A stretch of DNA of 64,000 nt from Podarcis erhardii (Eukaryota): the NCBI GenBank assembly GCA_964252035.1, contig OZ176204.1; one strand, written 5' to 3'. Below are positions 49,495 to 61,390 of the stretch, one piece after another. Position numbers and translations under genes: made by a program. Every line of letters starts with the position of its first letter. Position 1 is the first letter of the stretch. Under the pieces are notes generated by a model. The model had not been told where the DNA came from and searched no databases. It saw only the letters and a list, made by a program, of their open reading frames with translations.

Positions 49495-49601
49495 TAAAAA
49501 GTCCATCAACAGCCGCTAGCCATGGTAGCTGTGTTTGACCTCTGCTGTATGCTTCTGAATACCAGTTGTTGGAAATCGCAGGCAGGGATTGTGCTGTTGT
49601 G
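49495..49601 (+). mobile_element. Probable CR1-related fragment
   Basis: gctagccatggtagctgtgtt..tgcttctgaataccagttgttggaaatcgcagg resembles a common squamate repeat as I recall it. Not verified. Confidence 0.4.
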
Positions 49602-49735
49602 CTCACAACAGTCCTGTGAGATAGGTTAGTCTGAGAGATCATGACTGGCCCAAAGTCACCCTGTAGGTTTCATTCCTGAGTGAGGATTTGAACTCTGATC
49701 TCCCAGTCCAGTGCACTAACCACAACACCACACTG
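49602..49735 (-). mobile_element. Older MIR/Ther1-like (Squam3A-like) SINE
   Basis: ctcacaaca..ctgtgagataggttagtctgagag..tgactggcccaaagtcacc..ggatttgaactc..ctaaccacaacaccacactg is the reverse complement of a tRNA head plus core. Confidence 0.75.
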
Positions 49736-49999
49736 CACCAACAACACCTGGAGTGAACCACATTGTACACCTGAGACAGGAGATCTGTAAACAGACATAG
49801 GTAATGTCATTATTCATCCACCAGCTGGTTGCCATTTTAATGAACAGCCCAACACACAAGGACCATCCAGCACTTGTTACTCAATGATCTTCAGTGGCAG
49901 GGTTGAGCCTTTCAGATTAAGGTGTGCAACAAGCTCTTTCAGAGTGATCACAATCCTGCAAGAACTGTGATAAATTGTACACAACATGCAACTGTGCTA

Positions 50000-50040
<41 letters not shown>

Positions 50041-50165
50041 CCACCATCATCTTCATCATCATTATCATACCGCCCATCTGACTGGGTTGCCCCAGCCACT
50101 CTGGACGGCTCCCAAAATATTAAAAACACAATTAAGCATCAACCATTAAATTTTTCCCTGGATGT
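50000..50165 (-). mobile_element. L2-type LINE 3' end with compound (TTA/CCA/TCA) tail
   Basis: cgcccatctgactgggttgccccagccactctggacggctccc is the reverse complement of the L2 terminal motif. Confidence 0.8.
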
Positions 50166-53100
50166 CCCATGAAAGAACTATCTATTGATCAACGGATATG
50201 GGAAAACAAGAAAGTGAACTGGTGAACCAAGAAAGGGGGGGGGGTAGCCCTGAAATGGGAAGAAAGGACAATTCAGCAGAGCAGGCATTCTCCAAGCCTT
50301 GCTTCCTCCAGAAGGAACGTACAAATTAATTTGAGTAAAAGATGGCATTGCAGATGCTATGTAGGTGGATGCTAGCCAGAGGATTCACTTCCCAAACAAC
50401 TCAGCTGCACAGACAAACGGGCTTGTCAAATGCTGGCATCCGAGATCAGGAGTAGAAACAACAAGGAGGCAGGTGGGGATGTTAGCGCTAAGAATTATTA
50501 ATATAATAATATCAAAGTGTGGTGTGTGGTGTGTGTTTTTTTAAATAGCACTATCTATTTATGCAAGGCAAATTGCACGTAGCTAAAAGGGAGGTGGGGA
50601 GAGAAGCCAACAGTCATTTTCTCCAAATGTTCAGTGCCAATGTATAAAATATAAGAAAAGTTCATAAATAGAAAGTCTCAGTTCATAAATAGAACGTTTC
50701 AGTGCAACCCTACACCTCCTTAAAATCAGTAGTGCAATGAGACTAATTTGAGGTAAGGATATAGAACTGCAGCCTTAAGGAACTACCTAGCAGGGCAATT
50801 TTGTACTATCTGATGCTGCAAAATAAACAGTGGGGTGTCGTGCTTGGATAAAACTTCTTGCACTGCATTTCGGGGGAAGTTAATATTAGAAATATGAGAA
50901 ATCTGGAATCAGATTCTAATGTAGGAAGCTTGCATTACAAAGGGGAACTTTCACACCTAGTTATTAAATCAGTATTTCAGTTATAACCCTAACATGGCCG
51001 TGACATTAATTTAAGAGAAAAACATACCTCATTTTTTAAAAAAAACGTTTAGCACCTGTGTTTGTCTTAAGATAACAACTCATGGATTGTCCAGATTTCT
51101 TCTCTCTGAAGCTTGGCACACAGCTCTAATGTAAATGAAATTCCTGCATTTTTATAAGCGTACACTGAAGCTCCTTTTATCTAGCTGTGATTCACTAACA
51201 TTGGCCCAAAAGGGCACTGAATCATCCATCTCCTTGATTTGTATTGTGATGTAGTTTTATATTCTCTTCATATGATTGCTCACATTTGCCTTTGTAATTA
51301 ATTGATGTCTCCACTTCCTGACTAGGTTTGATCAGCCCATAAAACATGAAGCATATATTTTTAAGAGAATGGAAATTGGCTCTGAAATTCATATTACCTG
51401 AAAATACCAATCATTTTTCCTTCTGATGGTCTACTTCATATTTGTGAGAAGCATTTTGTTTCAAATATATATTGATATAGGTGTAGATACAATATTCTGC
51501 CAGTTCATAATAAAGCCAATCTAACATTTATTGGCAAGCATTGCACTGGAGATATCTGGCAGTGCTAATACTGGCATTATTGCCTGATAAGGAATGGATT
51601 GTGCATTTGAATTGTGCATCTGAAACACAGTTCAGCAGCCATTGACTGAAATCACTATAGGTTATTGTACATTTGATTGTGTTAATCAACAAAATGATTT
51701 TGTCGAAAATGTAATGCAAGAGAGATTCAATCTGCTTTCAATCAACTCTGAAATAGTTTTAGTAGACAACCTGAAAGAATGTTTTTTCATGTTGTCTGAG
51801 CTGATTTTTAATACTTTCTTTTCCTTTGGCTTTATTTCAATAGCCACAAAAATATGGTTTGGTCATTGCCTTTCAAGGAAACACGCTATTGTTTTGCTCT
51901 TATAAAACCATCTCTTATGATAAACTGCTGTTGCAGATAAAATCCTAGATAAATTAGAATCCCTTTCTAAGCCATCTATTTGGGCTTCCCATTAGTCAGT
52001 CAGATTTTCAATTAAAAAGACCTCTGTTAAGAGACAGAAAAACCTAAAACCCTCACTGGAGTTCCATATCTGGATTCTAGAAATTAAACGTATTTGAGCT
52101 GTTAAAGTCAGGGATACCTGAATATCTATCTATATTAATCTTCCCTCAGAAGAACTTTTAGCAACGTTTTTGAGTCACCCCTATGAAAATTAAGTTGAGA
52201 TATGAGCTCTTTTCAGGTACTCAGTTCAACGCAACAAGATGGCTTCCTGGTGTCTACATTTCCCATCAGCCCCAAGCGGCATGCCTATTCCGACTGGGAG
52301 CTGTAGTCCAAAACTCCTGGCCATCACCAGATTGTCGAAGATTGAGTTAGAATGTCTGTAGGGACCACGTGGTCAAATTCCTATAGACATTTTATAGGAA
52401 GATCCATAGGTTGGGGTGATCTGTGCCGGTCTAAACAAGGAGTCTGCAACGTGTGATGCAGGCAAGGTGGGCCAGCACTTATTTGCTCCAACAAATTATT
52501 AGAGAGGGCTTTTATGCTCTCAGGGCCAGATAATCTCTATTAGACTCTGTCCCGTCCTTGAGGGATGGAAGCCCTTAAAGGGGCAGGCCTCTGACTTATT
52601 CTTTCAAATAAGTCCTTCTAGGTGCATTGCTGGGGATGGAGGGGGTTCAATTATTTTGTATTATATTTATTTGTTTCTTATTGACACTGCAGTAAAAGGG
52701 TAGTTTGCAATCCCATTAACCCAGAAAATTGCAACAGGAAAGTGGCAGAATTTGGGGCAGTATATTGGCATACTGTTCTTTCCTGCCATTTTCATGGGTG
52801 AATCATGGTAGAACAGAAGCATGCATGGGCAGCAAGGGAGGGGAAATGGTGTTGTTATCCGATGATATTCATTGTTTGGTGACACTGCATCCACTGATGT
52901 GAATAAAATTTAGTTCAACATGCCAGTGTATCAAGTCAAAAAGCTACAGTTTGATAATGCGATTGGTACTGCATTGTGAATAAACATTATTATTGTTATT
53001 ATTTAAATTTCCCCATATCCGAATGCAACCCAATATCTAGTCTTCAAGATTCATAAGTTGCCCTTTGGGTGATAATGCATATGGTTTTCTAGTTGTAAAC

Positions 53101-54027
53101 TTGAAGAATAAGAGATACAGTTAGATGGGAACTTGTCTGGAGCTCTTAGAACACAGCAGGAATAGAAAATATTTGGATAAAACATATAGAAGACAGAAAA
53201 GGCTTTGTTTGGGTTTAGCTCTCCCCAGTGAGGGCATCTAATAGCTTGCAGCATGGGTGAATATTGTATAATCACCTGAAATCCTACTCATCATTGCTTC
53301 AGAGATGTGCTGCCTTCACTGGTTTGCCACCATGAATGCTGGCATCCTATCAAAATGTTTGGTTCCTTTAATCTTTCCACATCACTCAGTATTTCCAGCA
53401 CCACCGCCAAAGGCAACTATGGCAACACTGTTAATTCTTATACAGTAAACTGCTGCCCTACTAGAGAGAATTCCAGTTAAAAGCAAGAAATTGCCTTTGA
53501 GCCTTTTATGTTTCACGGGTGGTGGTGGTAAATTTTCCCTCTCTTGAAAACATGTGTAGCAGGCATTAACCATATTAGGACTTTGTTTTCTGAACATTAA
53601 ATCTGTCTTTCATTGGAATGGAATGTAGTTACCATAACTTTTCCCCATTTAGCACAGAATAATTGTGCACCAAGCATTTCCTGGTACATACAATTATGCT
53701 ATCCTTTCATCACCAAATTAAGTCAATAAGTTAGAAATATAGGCATCCATCGGATCACTGAATATATACCGGTATTTCTTGCATTGCTTCACTTAGAAGA
53801 CGTTTTGGGTTTTTTACATTATTTTGTCTGTGGCAGGCATGGCCTCTGGTCAGGGATTATGGGAGTTGTAGTTCAACAATATGTGGAAGGCCACAGGCTT
53901 CCCTGATCTATAGTAATGGGTGGGGGGCATCAGATCCAGGGCAAAGAGTTTGTTTCTTCACATGAGTTTGCAATTATCAGAAACTCATAATTCAGCAACT
54001 AAAATGGAATAAGATTGTAAACATATA

Positions 54028-54253
54028 CAGTGGTACCCTGGGTTACATACGCTTCAGGTAACAGACTCCGCTAACCCAGAAATAGTACCTCGGGTTAAGA
54101 ACTTTGCTTCAGGATGAGAACAGAAATCGTGCGGTGGTGGCGTGGCAGCAGTGGGAGGCCCCATTAGCTAAAGTGGTGCTTCAGGTTAAGAACAGTTTCA
54201 GGTTAAGAACGGACCTCCGGAACAAATTAAGTACGTAACCAGAGGTACCACTG
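54028..54253. mobile_element. Tigger-like MITE, 226 bp
   Basis: TIR CAGTGGTACC(C/T) with TA flanks. Internal sequence is the reverse complement of 31585-31828. Confidence 0.93.
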
Positions 54254-54314
54254 TACCCACTTATCACTTAAGTCAATGGACTTATTTCTGAGTCAATGTG
54301 CATAGGATTGCTCT

Positions 54315-54630
54315 CAGGGCCAGATTTAGGTTTGATGAGGCCCTAAGCTACTGAAGGTAATTAGGCCCTTTATATGTCCAGCTGTCCTTTGTCAACAACA
54401 AATTGCCACTTTTTTGTGTTGAATATATGCTATATGGTAATTTACGGACCTAATAAGTCCATACACAACACAAAACACTGTTGCTGTATGTAGGTGTTAT
54501 TTTATTTGTTGTTTACCTTATATTTTGAAAATGTACATCCAGGTTTTTTTCCTTTAATTTTTTGGGGGGGCCCCAAGAGAGTGGGGCCCTAAGCTATAGC
54601 TTGTTTTGCTTATACGTAAATCCGGCACTG
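54315..54630. mobile_element. hAT (Tip100-like) MITE, 316 bp
   Basis: TIR CAGGGCCAGATTTA versus CAGTGCCGGATTTA. Perfect 8-bp TSD ATTGCTCT at 54307-54314 and 54631-54638. Confidence 0.92.
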
Positions 54631-55545
54631 ATTGCTCTATAAAGTGCCTAAATATAGATACCCATGCTGCCGACCAAAAGCTGATATCTTTGTTTCATCT
54701 CTATTATATTCAAAACATACGTGGTAGTTAAAGTGTACTTGAAAAGTACATCTCCTCAACTGGAGTACCACTACCTTTATAAATAGCATCCTCCTTCTCT
54801 TCCGCAGACAATTCGTGCATGACGTAAACCAGATGAACATTCATTATTTCCTTTGTTGTAGTTCTAGCACTGACTGCATCATCTTAATATTTTTACTATT
54901 GGGCATAAGAAGGGTCTCTTTTATATTTACCCCTCTCTATTTATCTCCATGCAAAAGAGATTGGTGGACAGGAGCATTCCTAGAGCAGATTTCTTCTGAA
55001 GTGTACATGCAAATAGCCACATATTAGCCTATCAACAAGCCAACTGAAATATCCTTGTATAAATGATGGAACAGTGTCCTTTTTAAGTGCAATGACCCTT
55101 TCTGAATTGCACATTCTGTCCAAACAATTTACACCTTTTCTCTCCTATTTCATCTGTAGCTCTGGCAAAATGCATATCTGCGACAACGTCCCAACAGTTG
55201 TTTTTGCTTGATAACATTTTTTGAGAGCAACTCTACTTCTATCTGTGGCCGTGTATACACTATGCTTTAAATACATTTGAAGCACATTATTTCCCTCAAA
55301 AAATTCTGGGCATTGTAGTTTACCCTTCCCCCACAGAGTTAGAATCCCCAGCAAACCTTTACAAACTGAAATAGTCACTGCCAGGCTTGTTCTCTAGCAA
55401 AACAAAACAAAACAAAACAAAACAAAACCCAGCTCAATGTTGCTTGAAACCAAACCAGTGTCTCAGAGACAGACTTTCTTGTGTTAAGCCATAAGAAGGG
55501 AGGTTGTGGGTACTGTCCTTATTTAAATCTAAGTATATAAAGTAT

Positions 55546-55914
55546 TGTTGTTGTTGTTGTTGTTTAGTCGTCTCCGACTCTTTGTGACCCCATGGACCAG
55601 AGCATGTCAGGCACTCCTGTCTTCCACTGCCTCCCGCAGTTTGGTCAGACTCATGTTGGTAGCTTCGAGAACACTGTCCAACCATCTCGTCCTCTGTCGT
55701 CCCCTTCTCCTTGTGCCCTCCATCTTTCCCAACATCAGGGTCTTTTCCAGGGAGTCTTCCCTTCTCATGAGGTGGCCAAAGTATTGGAGCCTCAGCTTCA
55801 GGATCTGTCCTTCCAGTGAGCACTCGGGGCTGATTTCCTTCAGAATGGATAGGTTTGATCTTCTTGCAGTCCATGGGACTCTCAAGAGTCTCCTCCAGCA
55901 CCATAATTCAAAAG
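55546..55914 (-). mobile_element. RTE-BovB 3' fragment
   Basis: Minus ORF FELWCWRRLLRVPWTARRSN..GTRRRGRQRTRWLD. (AAC)n tail. 15-bp direct repeat AAGTATATAAAGTAT at 55531-55545 and 55912-55926. Confidence 0.95.
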
Positions 55915-55929
55915 TATATAAAGTATATA

Positions 55930-56211
55930 AACAAATGGAGGCAGTGAGAGATTTTACTTTCTTGGGCTTCATGATCACTGCAGTTGGTGACAGCAGCCAC
56001 TAAATTGAAAGACTCCTGCTTCTTGGGAGAAAAGCGATGACAACCCTAGACAGCATCTTAAAAAGCAGAGACATCACCTTGCCAACAAAGGTCCGTATAG
56101 TTAAAGCTATGGTTTTCCCAGTAGTGATATATGGAAGTGAGAGCTGGACCATAAAGAAGGCTGATCGCCGAAGAATTGATGCTTTTGAATTAGGGTGCTG
56201 GAAGAGACTTT
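55930..56211 (+). mobile_element. RTE-BovB internal fragment in opposite orientation
   Basis: Encodes MEAVRDFTFLG..AMTTLDSILKSRDITLPTKVRIVKAMVFPVVIYGSESWTIKKADRRRIDAFELGCWKRLL, the BovB segment immediately upstream of the minus fragment. Confidence 0.93.
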
Positions 56212-58493
56212 TGCAATAAAATACTTTCAGAACCCTGGAATCATTTCATGGGTCCTACTACTATGCCCCACAATTATTTCTGAATCTCATTTAGGGTGAA
56301 ATTCCTTGCTATGAGCCTGCCTTTCCCCTTAGAATTGTCATGCAAGCCCCTTGCATGAATATGAAATCAAGGGTTTAATTCATCAGCTGGAGCAAACAGC
56401 AACCTTATGGCAAGTGATTTCCCATAACCTGTGACAAGTACAATATGTCACGCTTCTGAATCCTTCTGGTTGAAGTGTTCTGCTTGACTCTTCCTTTCCT
56501 CATTCTGCAAGTTTGAAACTAACTGGCAGATGGCGACTTCTTGCTTCAGAGACATCGCGCCAGCAAACTGAAATAAGCCTCAAGTTACCTTGAGGCTTTT
56601 ATGTGACAAAAGTTTGCTCCAGAGCTTACTGTATCAGACTTAGGCCTTTGCAGAAAACACCAGGTGCTCTTCTGTAAATTGAATTCAGTGTTTCTGAGGG
56701 GTAGGAGGTATTATTGATCAAGCATTAATATGCAGGAAGATAGATATCAGATTTGTTGAAATTTAAGCATATGACCCACATTTCTGGAATGTATCCTCTA
56801 GCAGATTAAAAAGCTTCTTTTCTTTTCCTTGTTCCCTATGCCCTATAACTCTTTTTAAATACATGTATACTTTTTGGCTGTAGGAGTTTCCCAGCAATAG
56901 CTTAAATGAGTCAATGAGACAAATACAACTTATATTCTTCCATAATCAGGACTGGTAAGAAATTTAAATGTAAGGTTTTTGAACACACAATTAAAAAAAG
57001 TTACATTACTTCATCGATATCCCTATGTGATATTCAAAAATAGTGAAATTTCACCTTGTAAAGATTTACATTAAACAGAATAATAGTAAGCTGCTTTTTG
57101 ACAAATACTCTTTTTTAATAGAAATAAATAGGCTGTTTGATGTTCTTCATTTAGATGAGCATTCATGTATTATGTCCTTTTTGTCCATTGCACCAAAATC
57201 ATGCAAATCCAGTTCTGGCTCCCCCTCCCCTCATTTTCCAGGTTAAAAAAATAAAACAAAACCCTGTTGCTTATTCAAATTTATTTTCTTCAAATGTGTG
57301 ATTGTTACTTGGGGAACAAAATAACAAACACACAAACAAACAAACAAACAAACGTGGATATTTGTGGTATCTCCATCTCTCTCTCTCTCTTTTCCATCTT
57401 AGCACAGCTTGCCAAGAGACTGTGCTATATTTCAACCTTTACTGTACCCTTTAATTTTACTGCCTGTCTGTTCCACCTCTTCCTCATAAGCAAATGGAAG
57501 AGAACGGAATAACCTTGACTCTTCAGGAAAGCAAATCAGATAACACTGTAAAGGTCAGCACAATATAGTTTTCTATTAAAGAGGGGAGCATTAGCCACAT
57601 CTAATCCTCATTCTTTTGACAAAGATTCTAACAAGATGAGAAAATGGCAGAGTCTTAATCCATTTGGGTACCAGGAATAAATACTGAATCCAGTTTAACC
57701 CCTTCTTGTGGCAGCTTTATTGTTGAATTCCAAGTGTACATACTATAGATCCTGCGGTATTAAAAGGAGCTGCAATGCAGGCAGAAAGCAAAAGAGCCCT
57801 ATCAGTGCAATTGAAGCAGAGCGAAAACTTTGAAAATATTCAATATACTAGTGCTTTTCTTGCCGACTTTCTATCTCTTTGTTAAATGGAGGGGTGCAGA
57901 GCAACTCGAGTTTGGTTTCATGTTATACAGCCAAGAGAGAACACAATGGTAGGTTGTTTTGCTTGGATCATATTTCTGAGCAATCGTAAGTCCCATTTAA
58001 TATACCGTACATTTCTCCTTATATGCCCCAAAAGAACAGGATTTAAAGAACAATATTCTTGTATTTATCTCCAACTGTTTTTTTAAAATAATATTTATTA
58101 CTTTTAAAACTTACAAAAAAGAAAAAGAAGAAAAAAGACAAAAGAGAAAAAAAGAACAAAAAAGAGAAAAAAATACAATACAATACAATATATAGACTAT
58201 ACAAAACACAACCTTAACACATTAAACTAAACACAATAAACTAATCAAAACAATACAAAAACAATTTAAAAGCATACATCATACCTTTTCCATATTCTAT
58301 CTTTCATTCCCTTGTTTCATCGACCTCCTCTCACCTCCCTTTTTGTATTCCATTTCTATTAGCTGTCTCAGCAATTCCTTTCCCTCTTTCTCTATTTTCT
58401 GTCATATAAATGTCTTAACATATTTTTAATCTTATTTTCCATTAAAACTAGTATACTTATTTAAGCTTAACTCCTTAAAACATTTCCACTAAG

Positions 58494-58589
58494 ATGAAAA
58501 GATGTTATGATATATGTTATACTGTTTTTTATTTTTGCATTTAAGTTTGAAAAATCCAAATAAAATATTTTATATATATATATATATAT
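58494..58589 (+). mobile_element. 96-bp L1-type 3' tip nested in the HAL1-like 3' UTR
   Basis: 16-bp TSD AAACATTTCCACTAAG at 58478-58493 and 58590-58605 at a TT/AAAA site. AATAAA and (TA)n tail resemble 31445-31534. Confidence 0.8.
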
Positions 58590-58755
58590 AAACATTTCCA
58601 CTAAGGCCATAAAATTTCATTCCAACATTTTTCTATCACTCATTAATTTTACAATATTTCTATATATAAACTTTAAATTTTCCAATCTTCTTCCACCATC
58701 TCCTCTCCCCGGTCTCAGACTCTGCCAGTCACTTCTGTCAACTCCATTCAGTCCA

Positions 58756-59561
58756 TCAACCTGGAGATCTTATGTCCGAGGCTCTTAACTCTTTTCCACG
58801 TCCCTTCTGCAGGTCTTCTTCATATTCTTTGATGCTAAAGAACAGATCTCGGGCAAACTCCGACCTAACGATACTTTTATTCCTTCTCGACAGGTCAGCC
58901 AAGTTTCCATAGTAAAAGCTAAGATCCATAAAGTATTCCAGGGCATGTTTCAAGATTCCTCCAAATCCAAAGGCCCCTAGAACTCCAATCTCCTCCTGAC
59001 CCAAGTCCATGTCCCAAAAGTCAGTTAATCCCTGCATGGAGGGATCTTTCCAACTTTCCTTTTCCAGTCCAGGTCGGGCTCCGATCCTCAAAATCTGACT
59101 TTTTCTAGTTTCAATCATAAAAGGCCTCAACTTATAGTCCTCAATTTGCCTCTGTAAGACTGAGGCTCCCACTTGTATTACTTTAGGTTCGACAACAACA
59201 ACTTTCTCCTTCTCCTTTTCCACAATTTGTCCTGCTAAAGTAAATTCCTGTACCAAATCCTGAATAATTTCTGTTTTGGTCTCACTTTTTGTCCCAAATT
59301 AATCACTTTTTGTCCCAAGTTATCAATTTTAGTAGTCAAAACATCCGTCTTCTTGTGAAGTTGTTCCAACGAGTAGCTTATCTTACATAATGCAGTCACT
59401 AAAGCTTCTCCTGTCGATATTCTTAAATAGTCCAAGGTCAATCCCTGATTCTCACAGTTCTTATCATGCAGCTGGAGATTTCCCAGCTCCACTCTTGTAA
59501 CAGTTTCAAAAGCTCCCTCTAGAGGGAAACAGTCTCCACTTGTATCAATCCTTTCAAGCAC
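58756..59561 (-). pseudogene. Diverged L1 ORF1p homolog (~270 aa), 1-nt frameshift at ~59283
   Basis: Colinear blocks versus ORF1 of the L1: LHKKTDVLTTKIDN ~ LDKKADEQTAKIDQ; GAFGFG ~ SAFRLG; SIVRSEFARDLFF ~ IIFRWEFPQGLSF; YEEDLQKG ~ YGEDLQKG. Confidence 0.85.
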
Positions 59562-60149
59562 AGTTCAAAAAGTAAAGTTAGTTTCAATTTTCATTTACTT
59601 TTCCTCCTTTTTAAACTCAAAAGAGGACAATGGAAACAATATATTTCTCTTATTTAACTAACTGTCAACATACGTTCTCTTCACTGTCAATGAACTCTCC
59701 CAAAAATGTCAATCTACTGGCAGCCCATTTCCAGGTTCAGAGCAGTGGTAATTTAATTTTTATCACTCTCTCCTGCAGGCTACACAATCCAAAATTTCCC
59801 CCCTCTTCTCCTGCTTCCAAGGGGGGTTTAATGATTTCAATCGATGGAAGTTTAATCCTTTACATAAGGCTTTCCAAGACCTTAGCCTGCAGCTTCTTTG
59901 CTTCAATCTATTTATAAAAGGGGAAGGCGGACTTCCTGTTTGAAACCTTCCCGTTTTGGTACCAAATTAAGACGTTTGTAAATCCAATTTTCCGTTCTAC
60001 TCACGGGTAGTTGTTTGAAGTCAAATTGTCCACAGGAAAAAGTCAGCACTCTCTGGCAACAGCAATGCAGCTTCACTCAGTGAAAAAAGCAATCAATTCG
60101 AAGCACCGCGCCATTCACCCCACGTCACTCCGGATCCCCAAGACTGGGT

Positions 60150-60331
60150 TTCCCCGCAAGCAGGGGAGGCGCAAAGGGTGCCAGCCGAATCCCACATTCA
60201 CAAGCTTCTCCCGCCTGTGATTTTAGTGGGTCTCCGCCTTCGCCGTGGCAGTCAGACCCTGATTTCCACGGAGCAAATTCCTCCCGATCGGAGGAACTCC
60301 GCCATTGCCGGAGGCGCCAACCCGGAAGTCC
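60150..60331 (-). promoter_or_regulatory. CpG-rich L1-type internal promoter region
   Basis: The 5' end contains an ETS-type CCGGAAGT motif (read ACTTCCGG) and a YY1-like AATGGCGG motif, with many retained CpGs. Confidence 0.5.
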
Positions 60332-60824
60332 TTTATCTCCAACTGTTGACTTGTGTTGAGTAGTGAATATTCAGCTGATTAGAAAAGCAACATAGCCGAA
60401 TCTGATATTTCCTTTTGTCCTTCTGCTTCCAATATCAAGAAGAAGGAGAAGAATGTATGGGTTTTATATCAGAACACCTGGATCAATATTGAGTAATAAA
60501 ACAAATCACAATATATTCTGACAGCATACTCTAACAGAACATCATGCCCTCTTAGCCTGCACACTTAGATGCATCGTAGGGAGAAGGAGTAAAGCAAAGA
60601 AAGCATATTCTATTTTATTTTTTTGCAGATAAAATGTACTAATTGTCTTGATCCCAGTGTTAATCAAAGGAGGGGAACACTAATGTATGAATATGGATCT
60701 AAGGAATGGCATATCATTAAGCCAGGTTTGAGTGGTTTGCATGAATAATGGGCTGTAATTGCAAGCATATTTAATTTCTCTAATATTGAATCTAAAAGCT
60801 CTAAGGAGATACACCGCATGAAGA

Positions 60825-60870
60825 GTGTGTGTGTGAGAGAGAGAGAGAGAGAGATAGAGAGAGAGAGAGA
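60825..60870. repeat. (GT)n(GA)n microsatellite
   Basis: agtgtgtgtgtgagagagagagagagagatagagagagagagaga. Confidence 0.9.
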
Positions 60871-60974
60871 AGATTGCTCTTTGATCTAAAGAGAGACAAC
60901 AAGGAAGTTTAATGTTTAATCATTGCCTCCTATAGTAGGCAATAGTCTGGAAACCTGGATATTGATCTGTTCCC

Positions 60975-61095
60975 CAGGGATGGGGAACCTGTGATCCTGC
61001 AGATGTTGTTGTATTCCAGATCCCATCAACCTCAGCCAGCCTGGCCAAAGATGAGGGATGGGAGTCCAGCAACATATAGAGGGACCCTGGTTTAT
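60975..61095. mobile_element. Degenerate hAT palindromic MITE
   Basis: cagggatggggaacctgtgatcctgcagatgttg..cagcaacatatagagggaccctggtt has imperfect arms. Confidence 0.6.
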
Positions 61096-61116
61096 GCAAT
61101 AGTGATATATTCTACT

Positions 61117-61390
61117 GCCAGTGTGGTGTAGTAGTTAAGAGCGGTAGTCTTGCAATCTCGGGAACCGGGTTCACGTCCCCGCTCCTTCACATGCAGCTGC
61201 TGGGTGACCTTGGGCCAGTCACACTTCTTTGAAGTCTCTCAGCCCACTCACCTCACAGAGTGTTTGTTGTGGGGGAGGAAGGGAAAGGAGAATGTTAGCC
61301 GCTTTGAGACTCCGTCGGGTAGTGATAAAGCGGGCTATCAAATCCAAACTCCTCCTCCTCCTCTTCTTCTTCTTCTTCTTCTTCTTCTTC
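61117..61390 (+). mobile_element. Squam3/Ther1-like SINE, full length, (CTC)(CTT)n tail
   Basis: gccagtgtggtgtagtagttaagagcgg..gggttcacgtcccc..caaatccaaactc(ctt)n. Confidence 0.9.

Larger units (their letters stand above)
58080..60331 (-). mobile_element. Non-autonomous L1 derivative (HAL1-like: 5' UTR + ORF1 + ORF2 3' tip + 3' UTR), 2.25 kb
   Basis: 16-bp TSD TTTATCTCCAACTGTT at 58064-58079 and 60332-60347. 5' end GGACTTCCGGG..AATGGCGG. AATAAA plus A-rich tail. 58756-58635 aligns to the last ~40 codons of L1 ORF2 (31049-31173). Confidence 0.9.

Noticed and set aside
56523-56536. CTCF-like motif CTGGCAGATGGCGA
   Set aside because: Two mismatches to the core consensus. A single motif match is not evidence of binding.
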